Source: Jimgerdemannia flammicorona (taxonomy: Eukaryota). Taken from it: a stretch of DNA of 32,370 nucleotides. Under the pieces are notes generated by a model, which saw only the letters and a list, made by a program, of their open reading frames with translations, was not told the DNA's origin and did no database searches. Shown in pieces: positions 9,977 to 20,649 of the stretch. The stretch spans positions 1 to 32,370 of the forward strand of contig RBNJ01000353.1 in NCBI GenBank assembly GCA_003990765.1, given 5' to 3'. Position numbers and translations under genes: made by a program. Within the stretch, counting starts at the first letter, position 1. The number at the start of each line of letters is the position of its first letter.

Positions 9977-12900
9977 CTATATATTTAATTAAAATAGAGT
10001 ACTAAATAGCCTATAATGGGGTTTTTTAACAGAATAAGACTGTCTCAGCTTTAGTTGATTACTTGAGAATATATAGAGTTCATCTTGTTTGAGAATATTT
10101 ATCTTTCTACATATATATATCAAGATTTCTAAGTTCTTATTTGATTTAAAGAAGAGGTTTCTGGGGTCTGATGGTATAAAGATTTTAAAGATAATCTACT
10201 CTCCTGATTGTTCTTGAGGAGTTTAACTGATTGGTATTATACTTATTGAGGTATATATTCTTCTTAAAGTAGTTGACTTAGAGGAGATATACTTTCTTCT
10301 TATCTGAGTTTCTAAATCTTTTAATTTGTCTTATACCTTAGATCAGTTTACTATATTTCTTCTTTCTTCTTTTATATTTAGAGCTGACTATACCAGATGA
10401 GTCATCTCAATAATCTCAAAAAAAATATTTAGAGTACTTGTAATTTTTAAGATAAGTGGGGTATTCTTTGACATAATCTGAAATAGCTCTGATTGTGATA
10501 GAGATTATATCTTATATCTATATATTATATCCTGATCTATAATCTACTAGATTGATTTATAAGTAAAGCCTGGGCTCATTTTTGTCTTTAGATTCTTTCG
10601 CTTCCTCTATAGTAGATTCTTTACTACTGGTGTATTCTTTCTGAATAATAATCTTTTTCTTTTTCTTTAACTGCTTATAGCTAATCACTTTGATATGATA
10701 CTTCTTTTCTCTATTATAGTCAAATTTAAGTATCTGTTAACTAATATCAATAACTACATTCATCTCTTTCATCTAGTTGGTACTAAGAATTATTATATAG
10801 GTGATAGCTTCAGTGACAATAGCCTTGAGAATAGAGAACTGAATATATTTAAGAGTAATAGTAATGTTTTATACTTCTTCTAGCAGTTGAGTTTAGGCTC
10901 TATTTGCTACTATAATACTAAAGTTGAACAGTCTATTGATGGATTACTGGAGGATGTCTAGGAATCTTTTAGTAATGATACAGATAGCTGCTCCTATATC
11001 AATAAGGATTTTCATCTTCTATCTCTATATAGATATGTGCTAATATATCTTTTAGCAGTCTGAATAGTAGTTGGTATAGATTTTTATTGTGAGATTAGAA
11101 CTCAGCCAGTACTAGATCTAGTGGTTCTTAATAAATTATTTTAAACCCTAATAGATGTTAATTACAAAAACTGCAGAAGAGAGACTTCTATTTTAACTTT
11201 CAGAATATTTTCCAGACTTTATTATAGATATCTTGAGGCATAGTCTTTAGGGTATACATATTTTTGGATTTTGAGATTATTGACTCTTATTCTTTCTACT
11301 CTATCTCTTTATCTTCTGGTAAGAGGTTTTCTTTGAAAGTTGTAATTTTAGAGATAAAAAGAAATAGAGACTGGAGAGGTGTTTCAATCTGCTCTTCTTT
11401 ATCTTCTCTATCTTCCTCCTGAATAGTTCTTTTGTTTACCCTTCTAGATGGCCTTCCTACTGGTCTTTTTTTTTTTTTTTTTTTAGCAGAGTAGACTGTT
11501 CGTTTATAAATGACTTTAATTGAATATAAGTCTAGATCACTATAGTCTTCACTATTACTTCTCTCTACAGAGAGGACTTCAGTCTTCTTATACTGAGTTG
11601 CATTCTTTCAATTTGATAGTTCTGAGTCTCTTCAGTTATTTTTTATATTATTACATTCTGTAGTATAGTGTCCAAACTATATATAGTGGAAATATTGAAC
11701 TTGGACTCTATCTCAGTAGATACCATCTCTCTTCTTATATCTTATAGCTTTTTTTATTTCTGGATAAGTAGTCTTGATTTCATTATAGTATATAACCTCT
11801 ATTATCTTGTAGATAGTTCCAATTATTATATATGGTGAGTTTTTTTTATTTGTCTAACTAATTAGTCTAGTTTAGAGGTGAGGTCTTAGATTTCATTCTT
11901 ATTTATCTTTTATTTCTTTGTGGTTTCCTTTTCTCTTAAAGGATTCTTTAGAGAGTCTTGATCAAGAGATCTTTCTTATCTTCTTTCTTATTATGATTCT
12001 AAGTAATTTCTTGCTTAACATCAAAGTATTCTTAAGCTGTATCTATTCATTCATCAGACTTCTTAATATCAAGAGTCCAGACATACTGAGTAATATTTAG
12101 AGAAATTCTATTCATAAAGATCATTGGACTAATAATGCTTAATTAGTAATACTAAATTCAGTAGTATATATTCTCTTTTGAATTCTTATAAAGAATACTC
12201 TTGGAGATTCTCTGAGATTTATCTTCATTTTTATGATAGATTCTTGAGCTTTATAGTGAGTTTCTGTTCTTATATACTTTTCAATAAACTAATGGAATCT
12301 GGCTTTATACTGATCTATATAATAGTATATATTGGCTATAGCTTATTCTAGATCAGAGTTTAGATTATTTAATATTCTGGTGAAGATTCCTTTGACTAGT
12401 TCTCTTAGTTATATCTTGAAGACTATAATTTATCTTCTGGAAGTAAGGTCCTTCAGGGTTGCAATTTCTTCAAAAGTATCTAGAAATTCTTTTGAGGTTT
12501 CTACTAGATATCTTATAAATTTAGATAGTAGTACTATTATTTTGTCATTACTATCTTCTGGTTCTTCTTTTGTTTCTGAATTTGTTTTACTTATTATGAG
12601 TATACTAAGTCTAGTTTAGTTACTGAAGGTTGAGAGAGTTGAAAGATGTATACTTGGTCTTTAAAGACTGATACTTCTCTTAGTATTCTTAGGATACTAG
12701 GCTTAGAGGATCTATAGGTCCTAGTAGTGGTGAGATAGATAGAACTTTAAAGTTAAATAGAAATTTGATAATATGATCTTTAAGTTCTTATACAAGTTTG
12801 TCAAAATTTGAGTATAGATTTTTTATATTATCTAATTGATCTGACTGGATCAGATCTTTTGGTAGTAAGTCTTCTAGTATTTCTCAAGTATTGACAAGTT

Positions 12901-14168
12901 ATATTATTAGTAATTAGACTGGTGCTAATTAAGGATTTTATTCTATACTGACCTCTGATTGAGATCTATCTGATATTGAGTAATTGATAAGTCTTAAGAT
13001 AATTACTTCTCTTTTTGTTCAAATATTACTAATAATTTTTTCTCCTATAGTAACTGAGATTGGTGATATTCAAATGTATCTAGTTTGGCTGTTGAGTTCT
13101 TGTAAGCTGAAAAGTTATATAGATTTGAGAAATATCTTTCAAGTTGAGTCTTTAAATATAATATACTGGCTCAATAAAGGTAAATTACAAGATTGAAGCT
13201 GCTATGTAGATTGACTTGAGCTCTCAGTTATTTTATCAAAAGTAATAAAACATTTAATAATTTCTAATATAAGTTCAGATAGTATATAATATAGAAAATT
13301 TTTGTAATTTCCTTATTAAGCAGATTTAGTATAATAAGGCAGATTTAGCAAATTATTCTCTAATAGCTTAGTTTCTATATCTGGGAGATTTCTCTGAATA
13401 TGTAGCTAAGTACTTAAATTAAATTTTTGGTAGATAATTAGACTTTATCTGATAAGTAGATCCAAAATAGCAGAGTTTTTAGATTTAGGCTTAATCTGAA
13501 AAGTAGACTAAAATATAGTAGATTTCTTAAGTTCTTCTAGCTTAGTCTGGCAAGTATACCAAATATATCAGATTTCTTAAATTCAGAATTAATCCAAAAT
13601 TGAGAGATTTTTCTTAACAAAGTTATGTCAATTGAATGTTTTATTTATATGAATGAGTTTAATATAAAGATATATCTAGTTGACTGACTTAAGAAAGAGA
13701 TAACAAACTTCTCTTCTTTATATTAGAGAGTAGATCAGAGTAGAAAAAAAAGCTTACAATCTCTTAAGTAGTAGCTATAAAGCAGATACTTCTCCTAAAT
13801 ATTATAATTTTTTCTAAATTAAGTAGCTTTTGATAGATATATCTTTTAAAGTAAATTAGGCAGACTTGTCTTTCACTTTAGAACTTTTTAGACTGAGGTT
13901 TATTTACACTTTATTACTGAGATATTTTATACAATTATAGTTGCTAGCTAATTATTATATAGTTAACTATAAAATATATAGTAAGGCTAATTTAGAAAGA
14001 TATTCTCTCAGGGAACAGATGTTCTTTTGGAGCACAGGTGTTTTCTCAGAGGACTAGTATACTCTAAAAGTACTAAATTTATTCTAATTCAGTATATTAG
14101 CTATTTATATAATAAGTAATATAAGGAGAAACTATGTTGAGTAACTATGCTGAATATTTTCCATATCA
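9977..14168 (-). mobile_element. Older, heavily mutated Ty3/Gypsy 5' half (LTR remnant, long leader, gag, protease, PR-RT linker)
   Basis: Minus-strand remnants: LSKFIRYLVETSKEFLDTFEEIA (~12460-12530, gag N-term); YFHYI*FGHYTTEC (~11653-11695, decayed knuckle); RPVGRPSR (~11445-11466); ILIDIGAAICIITK (~10970-11010, protease). 13875-13950 resembles the TATA/poly(A) block of the young LTR. Confidence 0.8.
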
Positions 14169-15560
14169 TCTAGCTATAATGATTATTCATTATAAAATAA
14201 AAAATGAATAGCTTCTGTAAGTTGAATTATATAAGAACTAGTACTATAATTATATAGTATTTAAGTTTCTTAAAAGCTAAGTTTGTAGTTTCTTCCATTT
14301 ATATAGTATTTCTTTCTTAAGTAAGATTCAGATTGGTGCAGTAGTTTTGATAAAATTTTGATAAATCTTCTATAGTAAGATACCAGTATTAAAAAGAATA
14401 GTGCTTCATTCAGAGTTTTGGATATTGATCAGTTGTTAATCTTTTTAGTTTTCTTTAAGTCTATATAATTTCTTCTTTAGAAACTATAAATTGAAAGAAT
14501 TAAGTTCTGCTTTCCAAAGTAGTAATTCTTGATATTGAGTCTGAGGTAGTTCTTTTAGATATATTGAAAGAATTCTTCTAGTATTTTATAAAATTTGCTG
14601 AATAAATATTAGAGTCATCTATATAGATAATTAGACAGTGATAGATCAATAGAATATAGACTGAGTTTATCATTCTTTAGAAGGTTGGGAGTGCTTTGTA
14701 AAGTTGGAAGGATATTTAGAGATATATATTTAAATAGTTTTTCCAAGATGAGAAAGGCTGTCTTTTAAATATTCTTGAGATTTATAAAGATCTTATAGAA
14801 TTCTATAAAGAGATCTATACTCTAAGTATCTGATATTCTAAATTAGTCTGGGAGGTCATCAATTTGGAGTAAGAAATAATTATTCTTTTTTATTACTAAA
14901 ATGAGCTTCTTGTAGTCTATACAGACTCTCTGTCTTCTTTTCTTTGATACAATAAATATAGAGCTAATCTAGGGACTAATAGAAGGTCAGATAACTCTTA
15001 TTGTTCAAGAGTTCTTAAATATATTTTTTCTCAAATATCTTTAGGTAGTGGGTATTCTATAGAGATTCTATTAACTAGGTGTTGTATTTTCTATATTTAT
15101 ACTATAAAGATATGATCAGTTATAGAGTAGATTATTAGGGTCTATAGTAAAGATATTCTGATATTTATGAAGAAGTTCTACTAGTTGATATTATTGATAT
15201 AGTATCAGTTCTCCAATATTGATAATAGGCTTTACTATCTTTTAGATTATAGTGAGCCTTTCCTTTCTTCTGAGATGTTTTTCTATTTCCTGATAAATTT
15301 AGTACTTAAGGTAGAGCACTAGATGACCTATGATGGTTTTCTTTGACAAGATGATACTATTTCAGCTTTAGTTAATTACTTGAGGATATATTAAGTTCAT
15401 TTTGTCAAAGAATATATATCTTTTTATATTAAGATTTCTGAGATCTTTATTTAGTTAAAGAAGATATTTCTAAGATCTAATAGTACAAAGATTTTGAAGA
15501 TGGTCTGCTCTTCTGATTCTAAGATGAGATTCTTATAGACTTTGACTAACTGGTATAGTA
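14169..15560 (-). mobile_element. Older Ty3/Gypsy RT fragment
   Basis: RVCIDYKKL (~14905-14930), LLQIDDL, IIYIDDSNIYS (YIDD 14614-14625); 15310-15550 is homologous to 9990-10235. Confidence 0.85.
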
Positions 15561-15834
15561 CTCACTTGTCACAATATCTATACTATTATTAACTATTATA
15601 TAAATACTAATTTTCAATAGTATTCATTTCTCAAACTCTCTATAGTCATTTATTTTATTTGAAAGATAGATAATTTATATACTTTTTACTTAAAAATAAG
15701 ATTCAAAAATAAGATATCTTTATTCTTTTTTAATTTTTAGACTCTCAGAATTATTTTGATACAATTAAGCAAAGGGTTCCATTTAATAAGAAGATATATA
15801 AACTTTTATACTCTATATACTATAAAATATAATA

Positions 15835-16052
15835 AGTAATAAGAAAGTTCAAAGTCAATAAGACAGGAATGTTTTGGGCATTATGTGGAAGATATAAATA
15901 TCTCATTGAGATATAAGACAGAGTAAAACAGTAGATTGTATAATACTGCACCTATACTGTAATAGTTTAGTAATTGTTTTCTTCTTTGCGCTTATACATC
16001 TGTCTATATATAATTATACATTTATCTATACCATATTCATTTTTGCTATTAT
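15835..16052 (+). repeat. Ngaro repeat A1
   Basis: caataagacaggaatgttttgggcattatgtgg...ctgtctatata matches 29401-29590 (caatgaggtaggaatgttttggacattatatag...ctgtctatata). Confidence 0.85.
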
Positions 16053-16699
16053 TCTTACTATTAATTCATACTTTTTTTTTTTTTTTTTTTTTTTTTTCTA
16101 TACTTATTTATTCAGAATATAATTATAAAGTAAATTGAAGAAAAACATCTTTCAGATTTCCTGACAAGAAAGTAAGTATGGTCAGGCCCTAAATAGAGTA
16201 GCCTTAGATGACCCCATATCTAATCTTAGTAAGATCAAGATAGCTGGGGTCTGGTTCTCTCTACTCTGAGCTACTTCTACCCTCTCTCTTCTCACTAATA
16301 ACGATGTTCCCACCAAGGCTACAACCAGCCCCCTCATATAAATAATATATATAATTGTGAAGTAAGAAATTAAATACCATACAGATCTGAGAAAACTCCA
16401 ATAATAAGATACTTTACTCTACCTTGACTGACCATTACTAATCTATATACTTAATAAATAAGTCTGCTATCTAACCACCACTCTCCCTGCCCTGCTCTGA
16501 GTCAGAGGTCACTATCTGGCTTGTGATACCAATACCTCAAGTGGGTACCAATTCATATCTGGTCTTGCCCAAAAGGGCTGCTGAATATGACATCAGTACC
16601 TTGAGTACCTCTATAGCTAGTGCTCTGAACAAGTCAATTCAAATCAAATCTGGATTCAATTTGTCACATAATGGTTTGATCTAAATCTCAAATCCAAAG

Positions 16700-16970
16700 C
16701 CATCTGAATCAACTTGGATTAATCCAAATCACCCCATCTGAATTGCTCCATCCAAATCACTCATCCAAATTACTCTATCTGAATCACTTTATCTGAGCTA
16801 CTCCATCTGAACTACTCAATCTGAATCACTCAATCTGAACTACTTAATCTGAATCACTCAATCCAAATCCTCTAATTTGAATTCTTCAATTCAAATCCTC
16901 CAATTCAAATCCTTCAATCTGAATCCTCATCCAAATCCTTCAACTGAATTCTCCAATCTGAATCCTCCAC
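16700..16970. repeat. Left subterminal repeat array of the hAT (~14-bp units, atctgaa/atccaaa core)
   Basis: More than 15 copies of aatctgaatcactc / atccaaatcactc variants. Confidence 0.85.
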
Positions 16971-17219
16971 ATGACTCATATGCTGGATGCATTCATATAT
17001 ACAATATATATATATAAACATATACATATATATGCAAACATATAAATATACATATTGACAGATCAGTCTTCAACAGTTTACAGTACTAATAATGCTTCAA
17101 GTCAAACATCTCTGATAGTTCTACACCTTCTATATAATTCTCACTCCAAAATCTGACAACATTATGCTAAGATAGAAGATGATAATTTTTTTAATTATTG
17201 CAAGTAAAAAATTAAGATG

Positions 17220-19625
17220 TACTTATTGATATAACTGATACTTGTGTTTAATATACACATGATACTATTTCATCCACTCTTATAAACTATATCAGCCTGA
17301 AGTTCAAAATGCTTGATGGTACAACTTTGAATATATATTGATATATAAAAGACAAATACTCTAACAAAATCAAAAAGAACATAGAGATAAATAAAATTGA
17401 CATCCAAGCTATAGTGGGTATGTTTATCCAATTGCCTGACTATTTCTGTACCAACAACCCCATTTAATCAAAAATATTTAGCCATACTCTTCAGCAGAAT
17501 TTTGAAATTGGCTCATTTGCTGGATTGTATATACAGACCAGCCATTCACAACTATCAAGAGTAATCAACTGCATAGCATCTTTGGTCTCCTCAAGTATGA
17601 TTTATATTTGCCAAGTACTGATACTATTTACAAAGATATTCTGGAGGCCTATAGGAAGGAGCATGACAATCTCCACCAGATACTTCAGATAAAATAAGGA
17701 CAGTACTATGACCTTTGCAAGCTGAATTATATATATATTTTTATAAAAAGCTCATCAATTTAACCTCACATTTAATAAGCAGAATTCAGCAGGCAAAATT
17801 TCATTTACAATCAACATATAGATATCCCTCAATACAATTTTGTTTCTGAGCATTACCAGTTATTAGATTGATCTCAATTGGCAGCTTAAATCTCTCACCC
17901 TTGACTTCATCAAACTTACTGGCCCTTATTCTAGAGACAACATCATAGATGCTTTTATTAGTTATATTTGAGAGCTTGGGATCACAACTAAGATAAAAAA
18001 GGAGGGCTTGTCATCAGGTCAGCATTTTGAGAGAGATTCTAAAACAAAATGGATTTTATTGGTTATTTATTTTCACATAAATTTGCTGACTGAATATTTC
18101 AAGTACAGATTTTGGCCATTACAACAGACAATACCACAAACAACTCAATATTTTTCCAAGTTTTAGCAATCAGCCTCAAATAGAAAAATGTGGCCTTCAG
18201 TATAGAAAACTACCATGTACAATGCCAGGCCCACATACTGAACCTCATTGTTCAGGACTATCTTATGTATATATATAGACAAAACATCTGACAGAGAAGG
18301 GGCCCTGAGTATAATTTCCAAGCTGTGCAAACTGGTTGTATTGGTCAAATTATCTCCACAATAATGAGACAAATTTGCTATACAGTATAGAGCAATCAAT
18401 TTAGCCCTGAAAGAGCTTATATTGGATATCTGTATGTATTAGAACTCAACATTTGCAATGATCCAGCACATGCTGGAGTTTGTTATAGTATGCATTCTTT
18501 TTTCTTTGGTTGGCTGAAGCAACTTGTTTTGGATAATTGAAGATTTTTTTTTTTAAAAAAAAAAAAACAAAAAAAGCCAATAGATTCAATGGTGGCCACT
18601 GACAAAGAAATATGGGGCAAGGCTCTAGGTGAAAGTGAGTGGGACATACTTAGGAATATTGTCAGAGTTTTGGAAGTAAGTAGTAATTACTCTGGCTCCA
18701 TACTCATTTTATCTACCTCTGCATAATACAATACCTCACCACATATAACTGCTAGTGTTTTGATGATTGTATGAAAGATATAGTCAAACAAATGACCCTG
18801 ACAATGAGCTCTATAATATCAGTATACAACCTTCTGATTGACTGGCTAGAAAATAAGCTCAAGAATAGGCTAGAGGGTTGTGGTGATTTATAGTTAAGCT
18901 CAGATCAGAGAGATGCCATAGAGGTTGCTCTAAGCAAGCACAGAAAATACTACTCCAAAACAGATACCACTGTATACTCAATCAGTATAGATATATTGGT
19001 GTGTGGCTATTACTTCTTCTAAAATAGAGAAATCTCTGCAAAAACTTACTCTCTTTTCTCTGAACAGTGCTGGACCCATGCTAAAAGCTACAATACCATA
19101 AAGATCAGAGCTAGAAACAGCACTTCATTGAGAGAACCAAGTAGGCTGTAATTGAAGTATACTGGAAAAACTATACACCACTGCAAGGTTCTGACTATAG
19201 TCTAGACAAATATACTGAGAGATCTCTTCTGTCCCACATTTACTTCAGCAGAAAGAGAAAGAGAGAGCTATTAGTGGAAGAGCTGCTGTCAATAGACAAA
19301 CTTACCATTTACCTTGCCAGTAATCATGTAATTCTGCTAGAGGGTACAGAGGTACTCAACTGGTGGAAGGTGGGTTGTCAGACAGACATTGGGCCAATTT
19401 AACCCACCAATCTAACCACTGCTCTATCCACCAGGGCATGCAGCTATATCAAATGGACTTCTCTAGCCTATATGGGACTACCTGGTGATTCCTGCCTCCA
19501 GTGCTCCTATTGAGCAGGTGTTCTCAGGTAGGGTGAATCATGTTGCCCCAAAGAGGTATATGCTGAATGCTGAGACAATCTGGGCATATATGTGTCTGAA
19601 GTCTTGGTGGGGCTCAGGCTGCTAA
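17220..19625 (+). pseudogene. Intron-containing hAT transposase pseudogene (start approximate)
   Basis: WIVYTDQPFTTI (~17520), GKISFTINI*IS (~17792), LDFIKLTGPYS, ITTDNTTNN (~18118), CQAHILNLIVQ (~18223), LILDICMY*NST (~18416), WWK/DYLVIPASSAPIEQVFS (~19476-19527), MCLKSWW then TAA at 19623-19625. Confidence 0.95.
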
Positions 19626-19754
19626 AATTTGGTAAGTCCTGGAAGTTTGCAGATTAAGTTGGCCTTGTGGAATTTTTAATACTTTTCAAAAATAAAACTA
19701 AGGACTTAGCCCAGAGTTTATAGCCCAAGTGGGGTAGTGATTGGTAGGGTTAGT

Positions 19755-20292
19755 AGCAGCAGAGGGAGTGTACAAAATTTGTGGCCCTCCACCAGCAGCA
19801 AGGAGCAGCCCCAAGCTGTCAGAGCCCCAAGCTGTCAGTGCTCAGGTCAGTGAGCATGGGGTTGGCAGAGGGAGTATGCAAAATTTGTGGTCTTCTGCTG
19901 GCAGCAAGGGGTAGCCCCAAGCTACAAGTGTCCAGGATGAGGGGGTTGGCAGAGGGGGGGGGGGTAGGTGGAGGAAGTGTGCAAAATTTGTAGCCCTCTG
20001 CCAGCAGTGAGGGGTAGCTCCAAGCTGTCAGTACCTAGATCAGTGAGCAGGGTTGGTTGGTAGGATTGATGGGCATGGGGTCAGTAGAGAGAGTATATAA
20101 AATTTGCAGCCCTCTGCCAGCAGCAAGGGGCAGCCCCAAGCCATAAGTATTCAGAACAGATAGGGTAGGTAGAGAGAGCACACAAAAGCACCAGCAGCCT
20201 GTATCCAGACCAGGGCTCAGCAGAGTTGGCAGAGGGAGCATGTAAAATTTGCAGCCCTCTGTCAGTAGCATAGGGGCAGCCACAAGCTGCCA
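19755..20292. repeat. Five ~65-bp palindromic repeats separated by variable spacers
   Basis: Consensus ggcagaggg-agtgtgcaaaatttgcag-ccctctgcc-agcagcaaggggcagccccaagctg; aaaattt cores at 19774, 19880, 19983, 20099, 20244. Confidence 0.9.
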
Positions 20293-20306
20293 AGGAGTCT
20301 GAGTCT

Positions 20307-20412
20307 GGGTCAGAGGGTACTTCTAGTGGTCAGAGGGTACTTCTGGCAGTTGGAGGGTGCTTCTGGTGATCAGAGGGCATTTCCAGTGGTCAGAGGGTGC
20401 TTCCAGTGGTCG
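20307..20412. repeat. 20-bp tandem repeat, ~5.3 copies
   Basis: tggtcagagggtacttctag and variants. Confidence 0.92.
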
Positions 20413-20649
20413 AAGTCCACCACAGATTCAGGCCCTATCACTGGTTTGAGTCTCATGGGCACCCTGGCCCTGCATCACAGTGCTGCACCAGTGGCACTAC
20501 AAGAGCAGAGCCAAGGGGCTAGTAGGGCCCAACATAATGGCTAAACTAGTACTACAGAAGAGGCACCCAGCTGCCAGCCCAATCTGCACAAAATGACTGC
20601 TAAACCCTCATGAAAGATTGCCTAACCCTCATGAAAGATTGTCTAACTC

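Noticed and set aside
9990..10300. dUTPase in the older Ty3 family's PR-RT linker (also 15300-15550)
   Set aside because: Only a vague beta-strand-like pattern; none of the five dUTPase motifs can be read.
19755..20292. CRISPR-like array (palindromic repeats with spacers)
   Set aside because: Repeats are ~65 bp and degenerate, spacers are unequal and partly similar to each other, there are no cas genes, and the context is a eukaryotic transposon.
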